DNA of 64,000 nt from a virus (Duplodnaviria; Caudoviricetes): positions 46,765 to 110,764 of IMG/VR virus record IMGVR_UViG_2706795367_000001; one strand, written 5' to 3'. This document shows, piece by piece, positions 9,033 to 18,421 of this stretch (its first letter is position 1; every line of letters starts with the position of its first letter). Under the pieces are notes generated by a model. The model was given only the letters and a program-made list of their open reading frames with translations, made no database searches and was not told the DNA's origin. A program made the position numbers and the translations under genes.

Positions 9033-9833
9033 ATGATCCCCGCGCTCGCGCACTTCGAAGCCCGCCAGAGGCACCTCTGGGACACCGTCGCCTACAGCGG
9101 CAACCAGAAGCTCGACATCTGGCTTCCGGAAAGCCCGGAGAACGCGCCAGTCTTCATGTTCATCCCCGGCGGGGCCTGGACCATTGGCGACCGTCGCGGC
9201 CAGGGCTACGCCATCATGTCCCACCTCGTTCAACAAGGCTGGATCTGCGTCGCCATCGACTACCGCACCGCGCCCCAGAACCAATGGCCCGCTCCTTTTG
9301 AAGATGTGTCCGCCGCTTTCCACTGGGTGAGGGCCAACATCCACCAATACGGTGGGGGAGACTTCCTAGCCGTCGGCGGGGCCTCGGCCGGAGGTCACAT
9401 GGCCTCGCTTCTCGGATTGACTGACTGGTCCTTCTCTAAACCTGATGCAGTGATTTCTTTGTACGGGGTTTACGACTGGACCTCGAAGAGCCTGGATCAC
9501 TGGCTGATCAACCGTTACGTCCAGCACGTGGTGGTGGGCCGGCGCGACCACGACACCCTCCGGATCTCCTCGCCGATTCACCAGATCCACCGCGACGCCC
9601 CGCCCTTCCTCATCATCCAGGGCGACTGCGATCTGGTTACCCCACAAAGCGGGGCGAAGAAGTTCTTCAAGAAGCTGAAGGAAACCTCTCTCAACCACGC
9701 GGTGTACCACCGGGTGCCGGGCGGTATTCACGGCTTCGACCTTCTCCAGGGGTGGCAGACCGATAGGGCCATCGACGCGATCGACGACTTTCTCACCACA
9801 GCTCGTATTCCTGGCCTTTTGGAGGCGTCATGA
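9033..9833 (+). CDS. alpha/beta-hydrolase esterase/lipase (HSL family)
   Basis: PGGAW oxyanion motif, GASAG nucleophile elbow, D-x-V and HGF. Confidence 0.9.
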   Translation: MIPALAHFEARQRHLWDTVAYSGNQKLDIWLPESPENAPVFMFIPGGAWTIGDRRGQGYAIMSHLVQQGWICVAIDYRTAPQNQWPAPFEDVSAAFHWVRANIHQYGGGDFLAVGGASAGGHMASLLGLTDWSFSKPDAVISLYGVYDWTSKSLDHWLINRYVQHVVVGRRDHDTLRISSPIHQIHRDAPPFLIIQGDCDLVTPQSGAKKFFKKLKETSLNHAVYHRVPGGIHGFDLLQGWQTDRAIDAIDDFLTTARIPGLLEAS

Positions 9834-10100
9834 CCGACAGCACTATGCTCCGCGAAGCGGCCATCAAGAAGCTGATGGACATTCAGGAGGCGTGTCGCGC
9901 CGAACTCTTGCAGCACCCGATGCGGGCGTACCGCGGCATCAGCCTCGCCAACGAAATCCTCGACATCATCAAGGGGGAGTGATGACTACCCAGGCGATCA
10001 TCTTCTTCTCTTCCGTGGCAATGGTTCCGGCCCTCGCCTTCGTTATCGGCGGCGCGCAGGCCTGGGCTGAGCGGTGGTCTTATCGACGGGACTTCTGGCG

Positions 10101-10478
10101 ATGAGGACCTGCACGATTCCGGGGTGCGAGAAGAAGCACCACGCTCGCGGCTTCTGCGTCGTGCACTACCAGCGGTGGAGGCGGCGCTCCGACGAGCCCC
10201 GCGGCAACTACCGCCGTAACCATCGGCCGGATTGCAAGCTGGAATGGTGCAACGGGCGGTTCTACGCCAAGGATCTCTGCCGGTTCCATCACCAGCGTCT
10301 CCTCCGTGGCAAGGCCATGGACGACCCGCGCGGCAACGTCGGGATCTTCGATTGGGCGGCGTGCGGGACGCCGGCGCAATACAGGAAGCACTTCCGGCAC
10401 GGCATCCCCTTGTGCGACGCATGCCGGAAAGCTGAGAGTCGACGTCAGAAGGACCGCCGCGAGAAGGCAAAGCGATGA
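10101..10478 (+). CDS. multi zinc-finger protein
   Basis: CxxxxC..ARGFC..HY repeats and CGT...H...CDAC. Confidence 0.7.
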   Translation: MRTCTIPGCEKKHHARGFCVVHYQRWRRRSDEPRGNYRRNHRPDCKLEWCNGRFYAKDLCRFHHQRLLRGKAMDDPRGNVGIFDWAACGTPAQYRKHFRHGIPLCDACRKAESRRQKDRREKAKR

Positions 10479-10789
10479 AAGATTCTTCCGAACCTTTACG
10501 GGGATCTGATCGTCCCAATGCTAAAGTTGACCTTGAGCAAATCCTCGGAAACTGGAGGCCAGCGTGTGGATTGCGGGAGGACATGCCAGCGCTTCCGGTG
10601 TGCGGGAATCCCGCCACGCACGTACTCAACTTTCATGGCGGACATTTTGTTCATCTGACTTGCATCCCCTGCTACTACCTCTACATGGAGGCAATCCGTC
10701 AGGGGATTGAAACATTCCCCAAGGTGGAATGCACCGCCTGCGGAGAAGGCGTAGATGCACTCGTTCATCTCAAGCTAACTCCGCTCTAA
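10475..10789 (+). CDS. hypothetical Cys-rich protein
   Basis: ORF, ATGA overlap. Confidence 0.65.
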   Translation: MKDSSEPLRGSDRPNAKVDLEQILGNWRPACGLREDMPALPVCGNPATHVLNFHGGHFVHLTCIPCYYLYMEAIRQGIETFPKVECTACGEGVDALVHLKLTPL

Positions 10790-10827
10790 GAAACTTCCCC
10801 GGCCAAGAGCCGGCGGGCAAAACTTAA

Positions 10828-11026
10828 AAGCTTCAACCGGCGGAATGCCAGCTCCCTCCCAAGTAGACGGGGGTGACGATTCCATCAGCCTTTAGGTGCC
10901 GTACGAAGCGTTATATGTGTGACGGGTTAAGTGCTACAGGGGCCTGAAAAGGCCGCCCGCGGGGACATAGAAACCTCGCCGTTAGCCGCAAGGCGCGTAG
11001 ACCCACTTCGGTGGAGGATTAAGCTT
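10828..11026 (+). ncRNA. putative structured ncRNA (~200 nt, possibly raiA-like)
   Basis: AAGCTT/AAGCTT closing stem; hairpins GGCC-TGAAAA-GGCC, GCC-GCAA-GGC, CCAC-TTCG-GTGG; no credible CDS. Confidence 0.6.
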
Positions 11027-11054
11027 ACCCATTTTCTTTGCAGAGAAATCTGCA

Positions 11055-11115
11055 GCGCACGGCCGGAATGGTTCGGCACGAATTCGTCAAGGTTCAAATC
11101 CTTGCGTGCGCACCA
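11055..11115 (+). ncRNA. tRNA-like mini RNA lacking an anticodon loop
   Basis: GCGCACG/CGTGCGC acceptor + ACCA; T-arm CAAGG-TTCAAAT-CCTTG; D-like arm GCCGGA-ATGG-TTCGGC; stub ACGA-AT-TCGT. Confidence 0.75.
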
Positions 11116-11175
11116 GTCGCGGGGAGTCGAGCCGGCTTGTTCTAGCCGAGTGTCGGTTCCTCCCCGCGATTTTTT
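11116..11175 (+). terminator. intrinsic terminator-like hairpin
   Basis: GTCGCGGGGAG...CTCCCCGCGAT followed by TTTTT. Confidence 0.6.
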
Positions 11176-11201
11176 GTACCCAAAATCAGGGAGGTTCGCC
11201 C

Positions 11202-11501
11202 ATGCTCGGACGTTTCACTGAAGATCAGCAAGTTCTGCTCGCCTGCTACTGGGCGCTCTCCGACGCCCACCCGCCTCACAAGGGCGAGCTGCGAAAGATG
11301 TTCCGCAGCAAGGTGGATACCTCAACCGCGGAGCACGCGGTGATCTCCGCCCGCCGCGCCGAGGACTTCCACATCGGCATCGCCGGGGCCCTCACCGAAC
11401 TGTCCAAGGCCACCCAGAAATACCCCCGCTACGCCTTCGACCGTTTCCGTCGGGGGACGGGCGTTCCCAACCATCGCAAGGTGCGGGTCCGTGACAACTG
11501 A
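11202..11501 (+). CDS. hypothetical protein
   Basis: GGGAGG RBS before ATG. Confidence 0.7.
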   Translation: MLGRFTEDQQVLLACYWALSDAHPPHKGELRKMFRSKVDTSTAEHAVISARRAEDFHIGIAGALTELSKATQKYPRYAFDRFRRGTGVPNHRKVRVRDN

Positions 11502-11621
11502 CCAGGCGGCGAAGATCCTTTATCTCGCCTATCACAAAGACCGCTACGCCCCGCATTGGGAATCCGCCCCGGACCAGTCGCGGTGGCGACAGACTGCCGC
11601 AGCACTCCTCCGGGAGATGAA

Positions 11622-11795
11622 ATGATCTTCGTTGAGATCGAATGCGACAACCCGAACTGCCCCAACGGCAGTGAGTATGTTGACGTCTACCTCGACGCGT
11701 GGCACCGGGGCGCGCCCGTAAACACCTACCTCCCCGAGGGATGGCGCGTGGCGAACGCGGTGGAGTGCCCTGATTGCGCGGGGATCGAAGAGTGA
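11622..11795 (+). CDS. small Zn-binding hypothetical protein
   Basis: GGAG RBS; CDNPNC...CPDC. Confidence 0.6.
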   Translation: MIFVEIECDNPNCPNGSEYVDVYLDAWHRGAPVNTYLPEGWRVANAVECPDCAGIEE

Positions 11796-12016
11796 ACGCG
11801 GCCGAGATAATGCAGCGCCGGATCGACCTCTACGAACACTTGACCGATATCGATCAAGCATTGCGACTACTGGTCGGCGGGCCCATGACCCCCGGGGCCG
11901 AGGAAACGGCATTCGAACTCCTTGAGGAGAGGGACATGGTGTGCCACCTCATGCGAGAGGTCGGCTACGAACCTTGGGATTCCCCTTTCTCCGAAGATGA
12001 AACGAAGGTCTTATGA
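11792..12016 (+). CDS. hypothetical protein
   Basis: GTGA overlap. Confidence 0.65.
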   Translation: MNAAEIMQRRIDLYEHLTDIDQALRLLVGGPMTPGAEETAFELLEERDMVCHLMREVGYEPWDSPFSEDETKVL

Positions 12017-12216
12017 ACTACGAATACCAACTGGTGATCGCCAAGAACGCCGCAAGGGAAACTGAGGCGTTGATCCGCAACGCCCTCGAATACCTGGCAG
12101 AGGCCCGCTCCACGGTGATCGATCACCTCTCCGCCCCCAATGACATCTACGCCCGGCTGACCATTGTTCAGGACCTCGGCCTGGTGGAAGACAATCTCCG
12201 AAAGGCTTTGAAATGA
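12013..12216 (+). CDS. hypothetical protein
   Basis: ATGA overlap. Confidence 0.65.
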   Translation: MNYEYQLVIAKNAARETEALIRNALEYLAEARSTVIDHLSAPNDIYARLTIVQDLGLVEDNLRKALK

Positions 12217-12935
12217 CCATTGATCTCGACCGCATCACCCACCCCCTTCGCCTCGCCAAAGGATCACATCAGCCCGGCTCCGGCAAAGGCTGCGCCATGA
12301 ACGTGATCTCATACATCAACGGCGACACGGTGATCACGGATTACCCGAAGTGCTCGGCCCGCCCGCTCGCCCGCCTGGTGCAGCAGTGCAATGACGAGTT
12401 GGCCGACTCGGACGGGTTCTTGGCGCCGGAAAATAGCGTGCTGGTTTTGGATCTGGGTTGGCAGACCGTCGGAACTGCTGATGTTCCCGAGTCGGTGATG
12501 TTGCGGTGGTTGCGCGACATTCTGGTCGATCCGGTGCATGGGGTTGTGCGTCACGCTCGACCGGATGGGGTTGCGGCCATTAGCCGTGTGGCCGAGTTGT
12601 GCGCGCGGCAGGCATCAGGCGTGGAGGTTTCCGGGGCGGAGTGGCGTTCCGCCCAAGTCGCCGCCAACGCCGCCTACGCCGCCGCCAACGCCACCAACGC
12701 CGCCAACGCCGCCTACGCCGCCGCCAACGCCGCCTACGCCGCCGGTGTCGCCGCCGCCAACGCCGCCTACGCCGCCGGTGTCGCCGCCGCCGACGCCGCC
12801 GACGCCCGAGTCGAGTTCACCCGTTGGGCCATCGCGCGATGGCGCGCCCTAGCGGGACTCGACACTCCGCGCGATATCGTCACGCAAGAGGTTGACGACG
12901 CACTCGCCCGAATCAATGCAGGTATGCCGAAATGA
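12213..12935 (+). CDS. hypothetical protein with Ala-rich tandem repeat
   Basis: LAKGSH...CAMN N-terminus; AANAAY repeats. Confidence 0.8.
   Translation: MTIDLDRITHPLRLAKGSHQPGSGKGCAMNVISYINGDTVITDYPKCSARPLARLVQQCNDELADSDGFLAPENSVLVLDLGWQTVGTADVPESVMLRWLRDILVDPVHGVVRHARPDGVAAISRVAELCARQASGVEVSGAEWRSAQVAANAAYAAANATNAANAAYAAANAAYAAGVAAANAAYAAGVAAADAADARVEFTRWAIARWRALAGLDTPRDIVTQEVDDALARINAGMPK
12660..12805 (+). repeat. coding tandem repeat (GCCGCCAACGCCGCCTAC units)
   Basis: Imperfect 18-30 bp units encoding AANAAYA/AAGVAA. Confidence 0.85.
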
Positions 12936-13267
12936 TATCCCCGAAGATCATCGGTTCGGCCGCCGTCGTCGGCCTGCTGGCTTTAGGCGCGTGCTCCACG
13001 ATGAACCATGAGACGCACACCGGCTGCACCGTCAAAGCCAAGGACATCATCCTCGACGGCGACGGTGGCGGCGGCATCACCAAAACCAAACGCTTGTCCA
13101 CCACGTGCGGATCGTTCGACGTCGAGGATAACATCGCCGGCGGATTCAACTCGTGGGACATCTGGGCCTCCCTCGAGGTCGGAAAGACCTACACGATCGA
13201 GAGCGGCGGCTATCGCGTCGGCTTCTTCTCAATGTTCCCCAATGTCCTGAAAGCGACGGAAGAGTGA
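12932..13267 (+). CDS. lipoprotein / secreted protein
   Basis: Signal peptide with lipobox LGAC. Confidence 0.75.
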   Translation: MISPKIIGSAAVVGLLALGACSTMNHETHTGCTVKAKDIILDGDGGGGITKTKRLSTTCGSFDVEDNIAGGFNSWDIWASLEVGKTYTIESGGYRVGFFSMFPNVLKATEE

Positions 13268-13752
13268 CTGACCGATACCCCGTTGAAGAGACGTGCGACT
13301 GCGCCTGGGGTTGCGAAAATCCCGACCATCCGAAGGGCGAGTCCAGATACTGCCCTCTGCCTGAAGATGACGGCACCATGCCGAATAATGTGGCCGAACT
13401 CGCCGGGCATGTCGTCGGACGCCGCATCGTCTCGGCACAGAAGGAGAAAGTCCAGACCGGGCGCTGGTACGGCGAATCGGAATGCTTCGTCATCACGCTC
13501 GACGACGGCAGCCGGGTCGCCCTAGTCGATAGCGGCGACTGCTGCGCGTACACGACGCTGGAGAACTTCCTCCTCCACCCCGAGTTGGTGGATCACGTCA
13601 TTACCGGCGTCGGCACCACGGGCGGATACGAGCGATGGCACATCTACGCCGACCTTGGGGACGTGCTGGAGTTGGATGTCTCCTGGAGTCCGGGTAATCC
13701 GTTCTACTACGGTTACGGATTCGATTTCGTCGTCCTCCCGGTCGACGAATGA
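13264..13752 (+). CDS. hypothetical protein
   Basis: GTGA overlap; DCCAY and YYGYG motifs. Confidence 0.75.
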   Translation: MTDRYPVEETCDCAWGCENPDHPKGESRYCPLPEDDGTMPNNVAELAGHVVGRRIVSAQKEKVQTGRWYGESECFVITLDDGSRVALVDSGDCCAYTTLENFLLHPELVDHVITGVGTTGGYERWHIYADLGDVLELDVSWSPGNPFYYGYGFDFVVLPVDE

Positions 13753-13919
13753 CCGACTACATCCTCTCGTACGACCGCAAAGATGTGCGCTACGAGGTCC
13801 ACTACGGGGACAAAACCGAGGTGTTCACCTCCCCGTACATCACTCAACTGTGGTCGTGGCTGGGTAACACCATGGAGCCGGGCGACACCCTTCACTGGCT
13901 CTCCGGAGGAGATGACTAA

Positions 13920-14159
13920 ATGCAAACCATCAAATACTTCTTCAGCGCACTGCGCGAATACTGGAGCTGGTGGGTCGTGGTCGACTGGGCGCTCGCCGCG
14001 ACCTGGTTCGTTCAGTACGGGTTCACGCTGGACTTCGATCACTTCCTGATCGGCCTCCTGATGCTCACAATGGGCATGGGTCAACTCGCCCTGAATGCGA
14101 GCGAGGGCTACTCCGAACTCCTTGAATCCCAGATCGAGGAGCTGGTGGCTGAGCAATGA
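13920..14159 (+). CDS. membrane protein
   Basis: Two hydrophobic segments. Confidence 0.7.
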   Translation: MQTIKYFFSALREYWSWWVVVDWALAATWFVQYGFTLDFDHFLIGLLMLTMGMGQLALNASEGYSELLESQIEELVAEQ

Positions 14160-14198
14160 CCGGCCTCGACGCCCCGAACTTCCAGAAAGCGAAAGTGA

Positions 14199-14582
14199 AT
14201 GAAGAAACTCATTACCGCGGCGGTGGCCGCTGCCGCCATCATCGGCCTGTCCGCTTGCTCCTCTGATGCCGATGTCGCCTCGGAGAACCTTTCCAAGGCG
14301 GCCGACAACTTCCAGGTCCCTCGCCGGATCGTGTTCTTCAACGGCATCACCGACAAGTACCTGCTGGAGATCCAGGGCTTCTGCTCGATCAATGCCGATA
14401 CGGGCTCAAAGAAACTTGACGTGACCTGCAAGGTCAATGACGGCTACAAGAAGCATTTCCTGGGCCTGTCGGACAACGTGTCGTATTTCGTGGAGCAGAT
14501 CAACGGCGCGAATGTCAGCACCGACTTCTACCAGGTAAATTTCAAGCCGGCTTCCATCCTGCCGGATGTAGAGTTACGGTGA
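14199..14582 (+). CDS. lipoprotein
   Basis: Lipobox LSAC; RRIVFFNGITDKY motif. Confidence 0.8.
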   Translation: MKKLITAAVAAAAIIGLSACSSDADVASENLSKAADNFQVPRRIVFFNGITDKYLLEIQGFCSINADTGSKKLDVTCKVNDGYKKHFLGLSDNVSYFVEQINGANVSTDFYQVNFKPASILPDVELR

Positions 14583-14781
14583 TCGACCGCCCTGTTCCTC
14601 GGATGGTCGTAGTAGACCGCGCCGAGGCCGCAGGCTAGGCACTGGGTTCTCCCGGTGGCCGCCGCGCTGTAGTACGCGCGTAAGAAAAAGTGATGGGCCT
14701 GATTCCGTAACTCACGGTCTAGGGTGGCAACCTTTCCCGACGGGGATTAATAGCCGCAAACTTCCTTCTTAAGCCGCAGGA

Positions 14782-15741
14782 TTGCGCAAACCCCAAGGAT
14801 TCTTCATTACCGCGAAGATCACTTTCTCGGGAACGATCCCATGTCAACAGTACGGCAACGTCGTCCCGACTTTCGAGATAACGGCCGATACGCACGAGGA
14901 TGCGGTTGAACTCGGTCTGCAGAAATTGCAAGACATCTGGAACCGCGTCGGAACAAAACCTCTGGATATCGACAGGGGCCAGCCCCAGCAGGTGCCGGCC
15001 AAACCCACGGGCGTCATCAAAAAGTGCCGAGTGTCCGGGGCTGAGGTCATTTTTGACCCGGTCGCCCACACTTATCACGACAAGCAGGGTCGCAAGTACC
15101 GCGGCGGCTCCAGCTTCGCTGCCGAGTACAAAAGCCCCTTCGAGGCGGACATTATCTCCGGGAAGATGGCGGCCAAGCACGGCGTTCCCCAGGAAGACAT
15201 CCTGGCGATGTGGAAGCTCAACTCGGAAGCCTCCACCACGTTCGGGACATCCCTCCACGCGGCGTTGGAACTCTATGGCCGATACCTGGAGCTGTCCAAG
15301 ATCCTCAAGGACGGTACTGACGAGTCCTGCCTGACGAAGAACCCGGTGCTGCGGCCGATCGTCCAGAAGTTCTTCACCGAGGAGCGCATCGCGGAGAAGG
15401 CCTACTACGAGGAATTCGTGGCCGACCCCGACACACTCTCTTGTGGATTGATCGACCGGCTGGTCGTCGACGACGATGGCCTGTGGGTAGAGGACTACAA
15501 AAGTAACGCGTCGGTAACGGATAAAAAAGAGACGTACCTAGCTCCGTTTAAGGACCTTGTCGAGCCTAATGCGCTCGGCGGCTACGTTATACAGCTTAGC
15601 TACTACGCCGCGATCCTCAAGAAATACGGCCGCAACGTCAAGGGCCTCCGCATCCATCACTGGGATGGCGAGGACTGGACTACTTATGAGCGGGAAATGA
15701 TCGACATTTCCGGGGAACTTAAGTCCATCAAGGAGAACTAA
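14782..15741 (+). CDS. PD-(D/E)XK exonuclease (RecE/Cas4-like)
   Basis: GTSLH, GLIDRL, EDYKS, QLSYY motifs. Confidence 0.85.
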   Translation: MRKPQGFFITAKITFSGTIPCQQYGNVVPTFEITADTHEDAVELGLQKLQDIWNRVGTKPLDIDRGQPQQVPAKPTGVIKKCRVSGAEVIFDPVAHTYHDKQGRKYRGGSSFAAEYKSPFEADIISGKMAAKHGVPQEDILAMWKLNSEASTTFGTSLHAALELYGRYLELSKILKDGTDESCLTKNPVLRPIVQKFFTEERIAEKAYYEEFVADPDTLSCGLIDRLVVDDDGLWVEDYKSNASVTDKKETYLAPFKDLVEPNALGGYVIQLSYYAAILKKYGRNVKGLRIHHWDGEDWTTYEREMIDISGELKSIKEN

Positions 15742-16061
15742 TGAGCGAACTCGGGCAGAAACTCATCAATGAGATTCGCATGGTCGCCGCGGGCAATCCC
15801 GACTACGTTTACAGGGACGATAATCCCAGCTGTGAATATGTTCGCGGGGGTAGTCCATCTTGCCTCGTCGGTCATGGGTTGTGGCGACTCGGCCTGATCG
15901 ATGCGGAGTTTGAAACCAATCGGCTCAATGTCGAAGTGTTCGACCACCTCTGGGCCGAACTCGGCCTGGAAATGGACGAGGAAGAGGTTGACTGGGTTCA
16001 GATGGTCCAGGAGCGGCAAGACGCCGGCCGCACCTGGGGTGAAGCGGTGGGCATCTCATGA
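15741..16061 (+). CDS. hypothetical protein
   Basis: PSCLVGH...QDAGRTWGEA; paralog of 24057..24410. Confidence 0.75.
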   Translation: MSELGQKLINEIRMVAAGNPDYVYRDDNPSCEYVRGGSPSCLVGHGLWRLGLIDAEFETNRLNVEVFDHLWAELGLEMDEEEVDWVQMVQERQDAGRTWGEAVGIS

Positions 16062-16333
16062 CGGCGCCCATCTTCTCCCCGGTCGAGTTCAGCCTCTCGG
16101 AATTCGAGTTCACCGTCCCTTGCGGGATCGAGGGCTGCGACCACGACGCCGATTGGATGAGCTGGGGAGACCACTCCGCTTTCGGCTGCCCAGGGTATGG
16201 CCCGGTGTGTGAATGGCACCGCCGCCTCACCTTGCGCTACGTCGAAGGCATCGAGGGACAGGTCGGGCCCTGCAGCCGCTGTAAGCAGCCCCGAGTAATC
16301 GGGCCGGATGAATTTAGGTTTATCGAACTGTGA
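16058..16333 (+). CDS. hypothetical Cys-rich protein
   Basis: ATGA overlap. Confidence 0.7.
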   Translation: MTAPIFSPVEFSLSEFEFTVPCGIEGCDHDADWMSWGDHSAFGCPGYGPVCEWHRRLTLRYVEGIEGQVGPCSRCKQPRVIGPDEFRFIEL

Positions 16334-16761
16334 GCCTTTCTCGACCCTCGACACCGCGTAGAGAACCCGAGAAGCCAGCCGAAAAGGTGGACCTCAGCCC
16401 GCCGACCGCCGCCGACGACCTCCTGCCCGTAACGGTGGAACGTCGCATTCAGGAGTTGGTCGGGGCACTCGATACGGCACTCGAAGGCTGGCGCACCCTC
16501 TTCGGGGAGTACAAGCGGGCCGAGCGCGAGTACGACGCGGCCTACGCCATGGCGAAGATCAACGTCGATAAGGACGTGCCGTACAACGACCGCGGTCAAC
16601 ACGCCCAGCTCGCAGTGATGGAGCAGCGCGAGGCCAAGGATATTGCCGAAGAGGCCTTGAAATACGCCGAGCATCGGCTGGACGCCATCAAAAAGGCCCT
16701 GTCCGCCTGGCAGTCAATCGCAAACAGCGTACGAACGGCGTATCAAAACTCTGGCCGATAG
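16330..16761 (+). CDS. hypothetical helical protein
   Basis: ORF, GTGA overlap. Confidence 0.75.
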   Translation: MSLSRPSTPRREPEKPAEKVDLSPPTAADDLLPVTVERRIQELVGALDTALEGWRTLFGEYKRAEREYDAAYAMAKINVDKDVPYNDRGQHAQLAVMEQREAKDIAEEALKYAEHRLDAIKKALSAWQSIANSVRTAYQNSGR

Positions 16762-16769
16762 AGCTTCCT

Positions 16770-17387
16770 ATGAATGAGTGCAAATTGCCTGAGTGTGAGA
16801 AATCAGTTCTCGCCAGGGGGTATTGCGGCATGCATTACGCGCGATTCAAAAGGACTGGCGACCCGCGCGGGCTCAAGCGGTTGCCGCCACTCGAACAATT
16901 TTGGTCGCAAGTCGACAAAAACGGGCATGGCGGGCGCTGGCTGTGGACCGCTGGATTACGCGGCGGGTACGGGGCGTGCTCCAGCAAGGTTGTGCCCAGC
17001 GGGTCCACGCTGGCTCACCGTGTCGCGTACGAGCTGAAGCACGGGCCGGTCGAAAAGGGGCTTCACCTTGATCATCTGTGTAGAGTTCCCGCTTGCGTCA
17101 ATCCTGACCACCTGGAGCCCGTGACACCCGCCGAGAACACCCGCCGCGGCTTGCGTGGAGAATTGCGCACCCATTGCGATAACGGTCACGAGCTATCCGG
17201 CCATAACGTCATGATGTCACGGGACGGAGTTAGGCGGCGCTGCCGCGCATGCCACTACTCGTTCACCAAGAAGCGTCGATACACCGAAGAGTATCGAGCG
17301 ACCAAGCGGAAGCCCTGCCAAGGTTGCGGGGGGCCGAAGGAATCGGGTTGGCGGCGGAAATTCTGCGATGCCTGCCTCGCGAGCTGA
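16770..17387 (+). CDS. HNH endonuclease
   Basis: AHRVAY...LDHLC...CVNPDHL...EN. Confidence 0.9.
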   Translation: MNECKLPECEKSVLARGYCGMHYARFKRTGDPRGLKRLPPLEQFWSQVDKNGHGGRWLWTAGLRGGYGACSSKVVPSGSTLAHRVAYELKHGPVEKGLHLDHLCRVPACVNPDHLEPVTPAENTRRGLRGELRTHCDNGHELSGHNVMMSRDGVRRRCRACHYSFTKKRRYTEEYRATKRKPCQGCGGPKESGWRRKFCDACLAS

Positions 17388-17439
17388 ACCGGTCGGTTCA
17401 AACGGCCTACCTCAACGCAAGATAAACGAAAGGGTTGTC

Positions 17440-18093
17440 ATGACCCGACCTCGACTCCTTGACCTATTCAGTGGAGCAGGTGGAGCGGGCATGGGGTATT
17501 ACCGCGCCGGATTCGACGTGGTCGGCGTGGATATCGCCCCCCAGCCCAACTACCCATTCGAATTCCATCAGGCCGATGCGCTGGAATACGCCACTGCTCA
17601 CATGCACGAGTTCGACGTCATCCACTCCTCGCCCCCCTGTCAGTCTCAAACGGCCCTCACCAAGGGGACCAATAAGGCGATGGCGGGCAAGTACCCGAAC
17701 TTCATTCCGCAAACCCGGGAGTTGTTGGCGAAGTTCGATGGCCCGACGGTCATCGAGAACGTCCAGGGCTCGGAGATTCGCCCGGATCTGATCCTCTGCG
17801 GGGAGATGTTCGGCCTCGGGGTGATCCGCCACCGACACTTCGAGCTCAATGTCAAGGTGCCCAAGATTCAGCACATCAAGCACCGTGGCCGAGTGGCCGG
17901 CTGCCGGCACGGGAAATGGTATGACGGCCCGTACTTCGCGGTATACGGCGAAGGCGGCGGCAAGGGCACCGTCGAGCAGTGGCAGCAGGCCATGGGCATC
18001 GACTGGACCAACGTACGCAAGGAGATCGCGGAGGCGATCCCGCCCGCTTATAGCGAGTACATCGGTAAGCATCTCATTGAGCATGTCGCGTGA
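17440..18093 (+). CDS. DNA cytosine-C5 methyltransferase
   Basis: Motif I LFSGAGG, motif IV SPPCQ, motif VI ENV, motif X AIPP. Confidence 0.9.
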   Translation: MTRPRLLDLFSGAGGAGMGYYRAGFDVVGVDIAPQPNYPFEFHQADALEYATAHMHEFDVIHSSPPCQSQTALTKGTNKAMAGKYPNFIPQTRELLAKFDGPTVIENVQGSEIRPDLILCGEMFGLGVIRHRHFELNVKVPKIQHIKHRGRVAGCRHGKWYDGPYFAVYGEGGGKGTVEQWQQAMGIDWTNVRKEIAEAIPPAYSEYIGKHLIEHVA

Positions 18094-18413
18094 ATGAAAA
18101 GGAATGTCGGCGCATCGTCCAGGATCGCGCTGACGGCCTTTGTGAGCGCTGCGGCCGGGGCGGGGGCCTAACCCTCCATCACCGCAGAAATCGCTCCCAG
18201 ATGCCCAAGAACCGCCACTGGGAGCCCGCAAATTCAGGTTCCCTATGCGGAGACGGAACTAGAGGCTGTCACGGCTGGGCAACAGTCAACCCGAAAGCCG
18301 CCGCGGAGGAGGGCTGGCACGTGAAGCCCTGGGAAGAGCCCGCTGAAATCCCCGTCCGCTACCGCGGCGAATGGGTTCTTTTAGGCCAGGACGGCTCGAT
18401 AAACAAACCATAG
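18090..18413 (+). CDS. HNH endonuclease
   Basis: CERC...HHR...N...LC...GCH. Confidence 0.8.
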   Translation: MNEKECRRIVQDRADGLCERCGRGGGLTLHHRRNRSQMPKNRHWEPANSGSLCGDGTRGCHGWATVNPKAAAEEGWHVKPWEEPAEIPVRYRGEWVLLGQDGSINKP

Positions 18414-18421
18414 GAGAAGCG

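Noticed and set aside
8265-9347. Long antisense ORFs (also 24623..25894, 31977..33329, 38164..39426, 39445..40551)
   Set aside because: Shadow frames of high-GC sense genes that carry clear motifs
12538-12895. Pro/Thr-rich and poly-Arg ORFs
   Set aside because: Alternative frames of the GCC-rich Ala repeat in 12213..12935
14782-15741. Cas4 as a sign of a CRISPR system
   Set aside because: Stand-alone phage PD-(D/E)XK exonuclease; no array or other cas genes
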